In this document: piece by piece, positions 24,065 to 36,929 of the stretch | How positions within the stretch are numbered: the stretch's first letter is position 1 | Layout of the letters: every line of letters begins with the position of its first letter | Source: Callorhinchus milii | Taxonomy: Eukaryota | Direction of reading: 5' to 3' | NCBI RefSeq assembly: GCF_018977255.1 | Contig: NW_024704745.1 | Span: forward strand, 13,392,001-13,456,000 | DNA: 64,000 bases | Notes under the pieces: model-generated | Seen by the model: only the letters and a program-made list of their open reading frames with translations | Told to the model about the DNA's origin: nothing | The model's database searches: none | Translations under genes and position numbers: made by a program

Positions 24065-26398
24065 TCTGCAATGCAATACACATTGTTCAGCTATGAAAAT
24101 GGTCACGTTTTCACAGGATCCATTGATGTATGAATTTGATATATACACATAAATATTACATCTTTTTGTCACAAGGAGGGATGTTAAATGAAAGTAAAGA
24201 GACGGTTGATTGTCATGTTCTGTTCTTTTCACGTTTGAAATGTCTTTGGATTCCAGATTCATGTCTATCAATTGTCTTTTCTGTAGGGAATTACATGTAG
24301 TATTTAATTGCAGCAATTTATCTGAAATCAAAATTGTTTTTAATATGGATGGACAGATCTGCTGAATATGATTTTTTTTGTCATTTTCTTACATTTTCCA
24401 TTCATGCCAATTAATGATGCACTTCTGACAAAGGGGAAGGAAAGTCTGGAATTCAGATTTCACCATTAATTTCTCTCTTTGACAGGTTGGTAGCAGGCCT
24501 GCTTCACAGAGTGTAATAAACAAGAACCTTACACTTCCATATCTCTCTGTGAAGCAAAATAAGGATTAGCAAAACTCAATTGACTAAAACAGTAGCATTG
24601 TGACCCTTATCTCATTTACAACTAAACATCACAGGGAAACATACGTGCAGAATAGGTCCAGTTTACCAAATATAGCGAAACGATCTAAAGGTACATGCAC
24701 GTGCCCTGACATTTGCTGCCAGTTCCAACCCTACAATTCCATTTGTATCAAAATGTGAGGTTGCAGTGGCGAATTATGCGACCAAACGTCTTTTGTCGGA
24801 ACAAACATATTGGATATTTTTCCCATCCATTGTGACATTCTTATCACATTAAGCTTGGAACTATTCACTACAGTAGTAGAAGAACCTTATCGATGAATAT
24901 ACAGAACAATCATAGAGAGGAATACACAGGACGGACAATCCTGTTTCAAACAAACCCATGGAATAAACTATTAAGGCTCTTCATTATTGGAAACTGCAGT
25001 TCTAAACTTATGATCAGAACAAACTTCTGGCATTTGTACATCTCGCCAAAAAAAACCTTGAAAATAATAATCTTCCCAGGGATATTGAAACTAAATAAAA
25101 ATATTGTCTTCCCCTAGCACATATTCAGGTTATTGAACTGTTCACTATTTAGTCATGCTGTCACAATGTTTAGCTAGAGAAACCATTCTTTTCTGACTCT
25201 TTATTAAAGAGTTTTACCTTCCATATAAAAATCAAAGGGCGTGCAATAACAAGCATTCAAAGTATAGATGTTTGGATGCATAAAGTCAAATTATAAATAT
25301 CTCAGTAATCTAAAAATGTGAAAATATTCACAATTCTTAAACATGGGAGACTGCAGGTTTTATCTCTAGGGAATGAATGATTTATTCATAGAGAAAAATT
25401 ATTTTATGCCTGCGCTTCAGTTTGTATCCCCTGCTCTTATTGAGTAATTGCAAAACGAGAAAAGCTCCTAGAAATTGAAATGCTTGCTAATAGGAATATT
25501 CTGTAATCTTCCAAAACAGTTAAATCCTTTTAACATCCGGGTCTAAATTCAGACCACGAGGCTTTGAAGCTAATGGTTTAAAATAGGTTTGATCCTCAAA
25601 ACTGCAATTACTTTGTGAGGCTTATTAGTATGTCAACAGCATTAAACGTTGAAGCATGGGTCAAAAAAGTGAGTTTATTTAATGTGGATGTGAAAATATT
25701 GGTACATTTTAGTTTGGAATGTTGATCGCTGCCATTTTAATTTATTGCTTTTAGAAGCAATTTATTTAATGACATAAATTTATCACAACAATGCTTCCTC
25801 CACCCCTAACCCCTCATGGAACATTCATTTATAAATGGGACATTTAATAGTACACAAGTCAACAATGGTCAATGAATGATTTAAATTGTTTTAAGTGGAA
25901 AAAGAAAATAAGGTGATAATAAAGGAAATCCTTTATTTGAATGCTGCTAGGTTTAACATAGTCACCTTAGACTCCACATAAATTCTGCATGACCCAGGTA
26001 GTACAAAGCAAAATCTCTTTGAAGTGCTTGGAAATTCTAACCATAGGTAAACATCTGCATTTGGTGCATCTCTTTAAGGTTTTTTTTAAAATCATCTGAG
26101 TCATTTTTTATTTCTTTGGAGTACACCAAAAAATTAACCTTGTGATCAAAAAGCTAGATAATCCATAGTTAATAGATTGGTCTGAATTCCACCTGAATAA
26201 ATTCAGGGACTGTGCTGTACTGTAATGTGAGAATGATTTAATGAATTGGTTACAATTTTCCCAGAGCATTTTGTTTTGTAAGATTTATTTTTCGTGAAAG
26301 GATAGATAATGTGTCATAAATAATTTGCCACTGAAACATATTTTAATTGCTTTTCAAATTTTCAGCTTAGAACATAAAGCTCACTAAATGTATTTAGT

Positions 26399-26838
26399 TT
26401 GGCTCAGTTGATCGCACTCTCACCTCCAGGTCAAATGGTTACGGGTTCTAATCCTACACTGGGACTTGAACATACAATACAGGCTGGCATCCTGGTACAA
26501 TAATGGGGAGCATTGCATTGATGGAGTTGCTGTTATTTGAATGAAATGTTAAACCCAGATCTGCCTGTTTCATTAGGTGTATGCTAAAGATCCCATGACC
26601 CTATTTGAAAAGAGAAGGGAGTCTACTTGTATTCTGGTCAAGAATCTATAGATTAATTACACATACAAAGTTATGTTGGGACGACATCCCTAGGCACATA
26701 ATTGATCATTCATCTCACAGCGGTTTGTGGCGCCTTGCTGTGGACAAAATAACTACCTTACAGAAAGGGTCTACAGGAGAGCCAACAGAAAGACTCTTGA
26801 CCTGAAAGGCATTATACAAATGTAATTTGTTGTTGTTG
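26399..26838 (+). mobile_element. Deu-type tRNA SINE (family B, SacSINE/AmnSINE-like), degenerate
   Basis: Head ggctcagttgatcgcactctcacctc; body gaatgaaatgttaaacc...aaagatcccatgaccctatttgaaaagagaagggagt. Confidence 0.75.
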
Positions 26839-27320
26839 AGTCAACAGAGCTACCGTAAAGTACGATAACCCACTGAAAAAAGTGCAAATTCTGTCTTGTT
26901 ATCTTTTTGGTTTCAGCATAACTGTACTCTGACACATTAATATGCAATTGCCATACTGCCTGCTACTAAAAAGCACCAATGTTCAGATGGGGAGAGATGG
27001 AATTCCAGAATCAGCAGCAGAATTATTAAGAAGAGAAGCTAATTCCGTCAGTGTTGTGTTCTTTATCGAATATGCCCTGCTGGTTGGACAAAGCAGAAGA
27101 ACAGAGGTATGAAATATTAAATAGGGAATAAGACCTTAGTAAAAAATAGGAGAGGAAGAAAATAAATCTTCAGTTTAGTACTGTTTAGACACACAGAGAA
27201 TAAAATTGCTGATGAAACATTAGAAATGGCAAATTATGTGATTTTAGAACGTCAGCAAATATTTCAAATGTCTGCCTGCGTAATATCACAGGAGATTTTG
27301 TTTTGGTCAGCCGGGTGTTA

Positions 27321-27856
27321 CATGCTTAAGAGTATCCAAGCAGATATTTCCATGCTTCCCACCTACACATGGAACTTCCAGAGATAAGTTGGAATGGAAT
27401 ACGCACTCTCTCCCTGGGAGACACATCATGCTTACCTTATTCAAGAAAGCATTAGGCGCAGGTTGGCAAGAGCCAAGGCTTAGGTACTGCTGGAGTCCAA
27501 CCAGCTAAAGCAGCATAGCTTGCCGTAGTCAGCATTGTTTGGTAAGCTTACCTGCTGCTTGTCTAGCTCGGACACCCTACTTTGACTTGCAGGGTTAACA
27601 GGAGCTGAGTGGGAGGATTCCCTGCCCCAGTGACTGGTCTGCTATTCCATGTCCTGCTGATGAGCCAGGCTGGCTGTGCTGTCATCAGCAGTAGCCTGGA
27701 GTACTGAGGACTCACCTGGCTCAGGAACCGGACTACTGAGAGCGCCACAGAGGACTAGCTCGATTCCAATATTCTGTTGCCAGACAAGTGACCTTGGAGC
27801 CAGTTCAGCTCCAACAAGAGTCTGCCTACTTCTGTCCCCTCCTCCCCCCACCCCCA
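27321..27856. repeat. Unclassified dispersed repeat (family D), copy 2
   Basis: Homologous to 400-908. Confidence 0.8.
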
Positions 27857-27884
27857 AGAGATTTAACAGAAGATTTAAGATTTG

Positions 27885-28295
27885 GAATCCTGTAGTTCAA
27901 TGGTTATAGCATTGATATAGCGCTTTTCACGTCGGGAAGACTCCAAGTAAGAGTGAGTTGACTGTATATTTGTGGGCGAACGCGGCAGCCAATTAGGAGA
28001 GCACTCGCCTCCAAGTGAGAGACCTGGGATTGATTTTCGGCAGGGGGAAACCTTGGGAAAGTTTCCCTACTCCACATGCCTGATAATAATTCCTCAACAA
28101 ATAAAAAATAAACTAATAAAATAATAATTTGGTTACTCAATCCACGACTGTTTGTGGGACATTGTTGTGCGGAATTGGCTGACTCATTTCACCCACAATT
28201 CACTTTGCAGTATATTCTTTGAAGCTCTTTGAGACGTCTAGAAGATGCGAAAAGTGTGATATCAAATGCGAGGATTATTATTATTATTATTATTA
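27885..28295 (+). mobile_element. Family A SINE with an inverted fragment of the same family inside its tRNA head
   Basis: Head is split after tggttatagca; 27912-27995 is antisense 3'-half sequence; head resumes at gagagcactcgc. Confidence 0.88.
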
Positions 28296-29257
28296 CCAGA
28301 GCTCATGTGTTCAGGTGTTTTTTTTTAAGAAGTACCAGTGCTGGTAAACACGTTTTGCAAACGTCATATCCTTCTTTTTGAAAAACTTAATGAGCTTCAT
28401 TGATACAATTCTATATGAACAACGAGATATATTCTGCCAATTCGAGACTGGTAAATGACCTAGCTATGACCTTGAGATTTATCCTTTAGTCCTTCTGCTT
28501 ATTTAAGGTCAATGACACATATTGGTGTCTGTTATTATTTTAACTTCCAGGCATTGATAATATAAAAAAGCCTTCCTTTTATACTACTTTATCAAGCAGA
28601 AGTGCCTGAAAGGTCATTATGGCAGCATGTCAGGTGCCAGCCTGACTCAGTCGGTTGTCTCTGAGTCAGAAGGCCGTGGTTCAAATAATATCAACCAATT
28701 TTAGTTACTGAATGATGATTATATTTGGCATGGAAGTAGGGTTTTGTCATCTTTAGAAATTCAAAAGAAAGAAATTGCAGAAATAGCAGTATTTCAAAAG
28801 AAGTGATGAGCTCAGTAGTTCAAGCAATAACTAATTGGATTCAAGACTTTCAGCCTGTCTGTCTCTTACATTTGGCTGCTTCAACTGGGGATGTTCTCTC
28901 AGTTCTCACCCAAGCTGGCAGATGGAGTGCCATATGGAACTCTTTGGAACTTATCTCTTTGCATCTTGTATGGAAGAAAGAGTGACATTGCTCATCTCCT
29001 TCTCCTTGAACCATGTCTCGTTTCAGTGTATCGCAGGCTGATCCAAAACATCCCACCCTCCCAGATGGGGAGGCATGTTTAGTGGTATTTTGCTCTTAAG
29101 GGGAAAGGAAGTTGGCCAACTGCCAAATTGCTTGAAAAAGTCATAGGTTCAAGTTCCAGGTCTGCCAGTCATCTTTCTATTTTTGGATGTATTCTGCTAG
29201 ATGAATGGATGTAACACTGTGAGGTATCAATGATGAATATCAAAGTCTAGTTCAACT

Positions 29258-29622
29258 CAGGACTTGGGACCGATATAGTCTAGGCTGGCACTCCAGTGCA
29301 GTGCTAGTGGTGTTCTGCATTGTTGGAGTTGGAGTCCTTAAGATGAGACATTAAACTGAGGTCCCATATACCCATTCAGATGGACATATGGGACCTCATG
29401 TGTTAAAGATTCCATGGTACTATTCAAAAAGAGAGGGGAATTTCTCTCAGATAATAATCTTCCAAATAAAATTGATCATTCACTCCGCGGTTGTTTTTGA
29501 TACACTGCTGTGCACAATTGGCTGCCATGTTCACCCACCAAACACACAATCATGCCACTTTACAATATATCTTGTGAAGCACTTTTCAACATCCTCCTGA
29601 CATGATAGGCACTATACCAAAT
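29258..29622 (+). mobile_element. Family B (Deu-type) SINE
   Basis: tctaggctggcactccagtgcagtgct...agatgagacattaaactgagg...aagattccatggtactattcaaaaagag. Confidence 0.82.
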
Positions 29623-29623
29623 G

Positions 29624-29890
29624 TTAATAATAAATAATAATAATAATCCTTGGATTTGATATAGCGCTTTTCACGTCTTCGAGACGTCTCAAAGCGCTTC
29701 ACAGAATAGACTGTAAAGTGAACTGACTGTATATTTGTGGGTGAAACGCAGCAGCCAATTACGTACAGCAGTGTCCCACAAACAGTTGTGGATTGAAAAT
29801 GACCAATTTATTATTGTTTTGTTTTGGAGGGATTATTATTATTATTAGGCATGTGGAGTAAGAAAACTTGCCCAAGGTTTTGCCCTGCCT
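29624..29890 (-). mobile_element. Family A SINE, head-less, tail-to-tail with the preceding family B copy
   Basis: (taa)n-tccttggatttgatatagcgc...aacttgcccaaggttttgccctgcc. Confidence 0.9.
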
Positions 29891-30597
29891 GGCCTTGGTT
29901 TTGTATTGCAGTCAAATTGATTGAGGAGGTTTTGCATTTAGAAATAACGAATATTGAACAAATATGTTATATCAGCAAAGATTATTATTATTATTAAGTT
30001 GGCTTTAACAAGACTTCTTGCTGATCAAACACATACTGGCTATCCAAAGTTTATGATCCAACCACCCTACCCTTCCCCTAATTTAATGTAAGAGGATATC
30101 ACAAGATTGTATAAAGAAGGTGAAAGAGAAAGTGAAATTAAATTCTATTCCTTAGAAACTAAATACAGTGTATCACGTAAATCATTTTTATTGCTTTCTA
30201 TTATTATTTTCTGTTGTAATTTCTCTATTTAGTTCATCCACACTGTGGCTACTGTTCTCAATCAGAGTGTTAGGAGAGGCTAGCTCATTATTATGGATAA
30301 TATTATTATGGATAATGCTTTTGGGTTAAACCACAGGAACAGTAAGACCCTTGAGCATTGGGGGAAGGGATCCAGGTAGTTGTAAATGATGCGCTGTGAT
30401 GTTATAGCTGCTGTAACATAATATAGCATATTAGAACTCTTAAAGGTGAGCTAAAGATGGTATTGTCCAAACTGGTGAGGATCTATAGCTTCAGTGATCA
30501 TATTAAGTGAAACCTTGTTAATGAAGATGGGAAGAGGGTTGTTCTGCTAATTATCACACACTGCATTTTTTTGCCCCAAAGAATCATAGAAGATACT

Positions 30598-30728
30598 GTA
30601 ATAATAATCCTTGCATTTGATATCATGTCAAACATCTCAAAGCACTTCACAGAGGTTTCTATAATGGGTGGTGACTGTGTATTTTGTTGGTAAATACAGC
30701 AGCCAATTTGCACAGCAAAGTCACACAA
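30598..30728 (-). mobile_element. Family A or B SINE 3' fragment
   Basis: ataataatccttgcatttgatat...gcagccaatttgcacagc. Confidence 0.75.
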
Positions 30729-30789
30729 AGTGTGAAGTGCGGAAAAGAAAAAAAAAGAAAACCAAAAAAAGTCCTCTTGATTCAGCAGT

Positions 30790-30930
30790 CCTCTGCCTTC
30801 TCACAATCTAAATGAGAGTTATTAATCAGGGCACTAGGAGCAACTCCCTTCAATATCCAAATAGTGCCATAGGACTTTTAACATTCAGCTAAACAGGCAG
30901 ACAGGATCTCAGTTAACCATCTCATCTGAA
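30790..30930 (-). mobile_element. Family B SINE body fragment
   Basis: aatagtgccataggacttttaacattc...acaggcagacaggatctcagttaaccatctcatctgaa is the reverse of the Deu body. Confidence 0.7.
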
Positions 30931-31899
30931 GAAAGCGAATTACAACATATTCAGTCTATTAAACTCAAACTCATCCACTGGTGCTAACTACCCTCATCCC
31001 AATTCCCTGCCCTTTTCCCATACTCTATTATATTATTCCTATTCAGAATTCTGGATTTTTCATTCCTCTCCATTATTCATTGTTAAAGCTAAGATGATGC
31101 TTTAGGGATTGTCACTTGGCTACAAATAATAGGAAATATGTTGGTACATAGTTATACGTTTATTCATACAAAAAGCATTCACACTGACCTTATTAATAGA
31201 TTGCAATGAATTCAGTATTTAGCTGCTATTTTTACAATATTCATCAACTTGGGCAAGCAGCAAGTCTAAAATACCATGGTTTAACTATTTTATTTGACAT
31301 TCATCTAATATCCTAAAAAAAAGAATAATTATGAAGAGAGTTTAGATTGACCTGGAAAGATGGTCTTCATTACTTCGTTCACTTTGGGGCAGAATTGACA
31401 TATTAGAAATGAACCAAATCCCCAAATTAAACTAATTTGGAAACTGCCTTGCACCACATCCTTGAGGTTTGTTTAAGATAAATCAATTGGCTTGTTCAGA
31501 AATTTATTCTCATTGGAAAGCCACTGAGACTGAGTTTAATCAAACTATCAGAGCCAAGCTGCTGGGGGGACTTGCCCTACTCAATTTGCATTTTTATTAT
31601 TAATCCGTAGATTTTTTTGCAAGCTAGCAATATTGGGCATCTTCTGGAATAGATATTGAGAGAATAAAGTTCCAGCATTGAACTCAAGCGCTCTGAGCCT
31701 CCGTCTAGTGTGAAGGACGCTATATAAGTGTAAGAGCGGTTTGTACAAATCAGCGGCACAAAATTTCTCCTTGTCTTAGCCATAAGGCCATTGCCTTTAA
31801 ATTTAAGATTGTCCAGAATTTTGGAAACATTTTAAATTCGGTCTTAATTTGAAAGCTGTTTGCTTGAGATTTGAAAACTCAGCTTCCAGGTGTTAGCTT

Positions 31900-32180
31900 C
31901 CAGGTTGCTCAGTGGGTATCACTGTCTCCTTTGAATTAGAAGGCTGCAGGTTCAAGCCTCATATTTGGACTTGAAGCTCACAATCTAGGCTGACACTCCA
32001 ATACAGTGGGGAAGTACTGAAGTATTGGAGGTGCCTTCCTTCAGATGAGAAATTAAATCGAGGCCCTGACTCCTATTCAGGGGGACGTTAAAGATCCCTG
32101 GCACAACACGAAAAGTCACTATCCTTTACAGTATATCCTGTGAAGTGCTTTGAGATGTCTTGATGATATGATAAGCTACT
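31900..32180 (+). mobile_element. Family B SINE, internally deleted
   Basis: gctcagtgggtatcactg...tctaggctgacactccaatacagt...cagatgagaaattaaatcgagg...aagatccctggcac. Confidence 0.8.
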
Positions 32181-32990
32181 AGACCTTCTTAAGGCAGTCA
32201 CTTTCCTCTTCGACTGCTCCTTTGGTCATCTCCATTCTATTTCCCGGTCAACATCAAACCATACACTGTTAAATGCTCCAAGACACTACTTGTGTGAAGG
32301 GCAATATATAAATGCAAGTTGTTGTTAGTGTTATATTTCATATGGAAGGTTTATTATTATGGTATGAGTCTCAATAGTGCAACTGGTAACTTCTGTTTTA
32401 TTATAAGAGAACTGGATATGAAGGTGAAAGAACCACATAAAAGAAATCCTGGATGGGTATTGCTGAAGTATTATGCACACATATAGCTTAAGTTCAGACA
32501 CCTCATTTTAAATATTTCGGTGCAGACGTGATGCTACATTCTTCAAGGGATTGAATCCAATGAGTTCTGAGTAATTGACTAAAAAGAACTGGGTCTGATA
32601 CGTCGTGAAGTAGAGTTCATGAAACTCATGCATGCGGAGCATATGTGTGGGAGCATTGAAAAGAGATGACACATCGATGTAAAATAGTTGTGCCAAATAG
32701 AGACTGTAGAGATGCAATTTTCGGTGACTAAGTACTGTTCTTAACCACAGAGGTTTGAAAAGTGCTATTACACAGCAAAACAACAAAGAGAAGTGTAGTG
32801 AATTCCTTGCTATATCGGAAACACCCACCCACCAGAGCAGTGCCAGCCAAACTTCAAAAAAGCATTCCCCCACCCCGAATATTTGCACTAATCTAGGGAA
32901 GTCTGTGTTCTATCGGTACTGTGTTTCCAGGTTTTTCTTGATCGATTATCTAAATATTTTCTTGATTTATGGCATAAATCAAGAGATATT

Positions 32991-33290
32991 CAACAACAAA
33001 TTACATTTGAAGAATGTCTTTCACATCGGGAGAACGTCCCAAGGCGCTGGACCATCAAGTGTCTGCACCGAAGCTGTGGGTTGGGAATAAGAGAGATGGA
33101 GGGCAGGGTGGGGAAGAGAGGGTGACCAAAAACGTGGTAGAGGAGGAGAGTCTTGAGACGGGCCTTGAAGGAGGCAAGGGAGGGGATGAGGTGAAGGGAC
33201 TGTGGGATGGAGTTCCAAAGGGTGCAGACACTAAGGTTGAAGGCCCGACCACCGATGGTGGGATAGGCAAGATGGGGGAGAGCCCTGTCC
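32991..33290 (-). mobile_element. L2 3' fragment
   Basis: Minus ORF PTIGGRAFNLSVCTLWNSIPQSLHLIPSLASFKARLKTLL. Confidence 0.88.
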
Positions 33291-34009
33291 GTCCGACCAT
33301 CAAGAAATTCAATCAAAACAAATTATTTTGTTGGCCGACCAAAAGGTTTGGCCACCACTTCACTAGAGGTTTGCTTGCAGCTGCAGAAGCACAATGCGAA
33401 ATAAGGTGCTCATGATAATCGACTTGCAATTCATCCCAGAAAATCCCACTCATCAGCTTTCTGAGGGGAGCAGCTTTTCAACTTTTGCGAGGTGATAAAT
33501 GAATCAATTCTCCCTGCGAATAAAGGCTACAAGGCATAGTAAAGGCTGTAGGGATAAGTACAGAAGAGGATGGATATTTTACGATGCTTGATGGTGCCTC
33601 TGGCTCCAATAGCTAACCAGGGTTGAAGGGAGATCTTGGGTTAAATGGGAAAGTTTGCTTGAATACTTTTGGAGATCAAGAGTATGATGATAGTCAGCTA
33701 TGATGATATTCAGACAGTCTGGCAAAGTGATGATTGATTCAGCCATGGGCCACTCAGGGGGACTTTTGACTACACCAGAAAGGAGGACAGATCCTGCGCT
33801 ATGACCGCCGACCACCATGGAAAACCTCTAACTGAAGCCCAGGGCCATTCTCTTTATTCTGGGACTTAACGAAGGAAGGTGCCACATGATGCTTAACATC
33901 CTCCTGAGCAAGCAGATAGGACTATGTTTTGATATTTCATCTGAGACATTATATTGTCTGCCTCCCTGTCTGCCTGCCTGTCTGTCTGTGTCTGTCTATT
34001 TTTGAAATC

Positions 34010-34282
34010 TTAAGCAAGTTTCCTTACTCCATCCGCCTTTGTTTACCTCGAATAAGTAGTCGATTAGCGAATCACTTTCCGGGGGTAATAATCCCTTCAA
34101 AAATAATAATTAAAAATTGGTCATACAATCCACGACTGTTTGCGGGACACTGCTGTGCGCAATTGGCTGCTGCATTTCGCCCACAAAATATACAGTCAAC
34201 CTACTTTACAGTATATTCTATGAAGCACTTTGATACATCACAATGACGTGATAAGGTGATATATAAAATGTATGGATTATTA
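34010..34282 (+). mobile_element. Family A SINE, long form, head missing
   Basis: gcaagtttccttactccatccgcctttgtttacctcgaataagtag...gcgaatcactttccgggggtaataatccc, then core and tail. Confidence 0.85.
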
Positions 34283-34819
34283 TATATTATTATATTATGG
34301 ATCATTTATATATTACCCCAATATTTATATATTCCCTCTTTAGATTCCCTACTTTCAGCACCATAATTTCTCTTTCTGCACAAAGCAGCATCAAAAAGCA
34401 ATTGCAACCTTCAAAGTATACAGAGGAGATTTCTCCACAGGCAGAACACATCCCTGCAAAACACTCGCCTCCCTCGCTGCAAGCCACAGGGTGCTTCCCA
34501 ATGGCACAGTACGATCTCCATTTCCTCCCACAGGCTATCTCATGAGCTTCAAAAGTCGCCCAGGCTCAAGTCCGAGTGCACAGCACAGAGAAAGTAGAGA
34601 AGAGCATCTGGAGTGAATCACACTCTCCATCAACACATAGCATGTGCTTTGCAACTTCTAATTGCCGAGAAGTGGAGTCACTCAGCTGGAACATGAAGCA
34701 GCAGTCAGGTAAGTTCAGCTCTGCTACTTACCCTCACCCAGTTTCTCTCACCTGCACAAATAATCCAATAGTCTACTCTCTCTGATCCATCTCAGGATTC
34801 TAAGGGCACTTAATGCCTC

Positions 34820-34952
34820 TCTTATATTTTGCCTACAAAATACCCAGTCAATCCACTTTATTCTGTTTATACAGTTTATTCTGCAAAGCGCTTTAAGACG
34901 TCGCAAGAACGTGATAAGACGCAATACGTTAAATACAAGGATTATTATTATT
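34820..34952 (+). mobile_element. Family A SINE 3' fragment
   Basis: cagtcaatccacttta...aagcgctttaagacgtcgcaagaacgtgataag...aggattattatt. Confidence 0.75.
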
Positions 34953-35600
34953 ACATTCAACTCAATTAAAATGCTGGCAAAAGTCACTGGTTATAAAGTG
35001 AACTACAATCCTATCTTTTACATTCGACATAGCTCCTTTCACGCCCGGAGAACATCTCAAAGCACTTAACAGGATTTTACTGCAAAATGTAGTGACCTTT
35101 ATAGATGAACACTGTAACCTATTTGCAAACAGCAACAAACAGACATGGAGTGAATGACCAATTTGGGGGATTGTTGGTCAGACCACTGGAAAAATCTCCC
35201 TTTTTCCTTATACAGATTTTCCTTGTGGAGAATTTTGTCATTGAAAAATATTTTTAAAAATTGAGGAGGGGTGAAGCAGAATTTTCTGTTGTTAAAGCAC
35301 TGAATATCTCACCAGAGAAGGCAGAGAGGACAGAAATGCTGGCATTAAACTAGAAGGCCTCAAAACCATAGGGGAGCAACCTCAATGCCAAACCACCAAC
35401 AAATAACGTTGATGAAAATGATGGTGATTAAACTGCACGACGTGAAACTGCTAAACGTCTGCTGGGTCTAAAATTACTGATTCCAAAAAGACCTTCATCT
35501 TCAATAGGAAAGGAAAAGAGTCATGGTTATCAGAAAGCTCAACTGCTGCTTGCTAACATGCATGAACAGAGTCAACACTACAATCTCCGGCTTTCAGGTA

Positions 35601-35860
35601 ATTACATAGAATTACATAGAACGATACGTCACAGAAACAAGCCATACAGCCCAATTAATTCGGCCGGTGTTTAGACTCCACAGGAAGCCCACACCCCTCC
35701 TTTTCCCTTCTCCCAGATCCCTCTGTTCCCTTGTCTCTCATGTTTGTATCTTTCCTCTAAATACATTGATCCTTTCTGCTTCAACCACAGCTTCCGGCAT
35801 TGGTTCTCATCCACTCCTCTCCCTATTAGATCTGCTACTAGTAATCTTATATTTAGAATG
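35601..35860 (-). mobile_element. CR1-clade LINE 3' end
   Basis: Terminal short repeat (attacataga)2, then acagaaacaagccatacagccca...ccggtgttta, the reverse of the CR1 tail at 45095-45165. Confidence 0.7.
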
Positions 35861-36529
35861 AGAGGAAGCGTAAAAACACTGCTGGTTTTACTGGACAGGT
35901 GCTGCCAAATCTAATGAAATGATCACAGTTTGATGCCTGTTTTGTAAGCTATTCCGTGTGTGTATGTGTGTAAAAATAAAAACTACAGAGAACAAAATTT
36001 GTTAATGTGAATATTTAAAGTATGATCCTCAGCACCCGTAACATTTTTTAAAAAGATCAAACAATTAAAATCAATTCTGATTGCTTTCAGCATCGTTTGG
36101 TTTATAATGTCAACTTCTGGTGATTTTTCAACATTTTGATGTAAAACTGCGACTGCCAAAAACATCAGCTGAGCTGAAGCAATTTTTGAGTTAGATTTAG
36201 GAAAGTAAAGTCAAAGGTACTATTAGAATGACAAGTAGTGTTGAAGGACCACATGTTGGGTTATTATTTCTCTGCTTGTTATGTCAGTCACCTTCCACTA
36301 TTGGGCTCAGTCACTCTCTAACCCAGCACCCTGTCAGTGTCACTAGGAACCAGACTACAATATTTGGAGACTTTGTTTACTCTGCGGAAGTGTGGAGTCA
36401 GGTGAAGTAAGGTTCAGATCTGCAACACAAAAGAATTGCAATGTACGAGAAGATCCTGGGGATGAATTAGCAGTTCCGTAACGTATTCAATGAAATGTCC
36501 AAATTTTCTTCACCTTCAATAATTATTAG

Positions 36530-36658
36530 GTGTCATACCTGACTCATTTGGTAGCACTCCCACCTCTGAGTCACAAGGTTGTGGTTTCAAGCTCCACATC
36601 AGGCCTCTGAAATCACAGCATTGTTGGAGGTGACGTCCTTTGAATGGGACGTTAAAGC
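36530..36658 (+). mobile_element. Family B SINE 5' part
   Basis: ctgactcatttggtagcactcccacctctgagtcacaaggttgtggtttcaag...tgttggaggtgacgtcctttgaatgggacgttaaa. Confidence 0.75.
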
Positions 36659-36929
36659 AAGTCAACAGCAACTTGCATTTATATATTGCCCCTCACGCAG
36701 GAATGTTCCAGAACGCTGTCACAGCGGCAGAGTACGACGTCAAGTCGGGGAGAAGGGGTGGTGACAGATCTGTTAATGTGTCTCTTTCCTTTTGTTATTT
36801 TTGTCATCACCATGATGATCTAATGTGCAAAATTCCATTGTGTAATTCAAAAACAATTGGTTGAACCCAGAGTGTTGTGCAAGCTTCTGAATTTTGGACA
36901 GTCACAAAGATATCGAACAACATATTTAT

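Noticed and set aside
27654-27691. Hammerhead ribozyme suggested by CTGATGAG
   Set aside because: No GAAA core follows the putative stem II; the motif simply pairs with tcatcagcag in a hairpin.
28803-29041. C/D box snoRNA (GTGATGA...CTGA)
   Set aside because: Boxes are about 230 nt apart, there is no terminal stem, and no host intron is supported.
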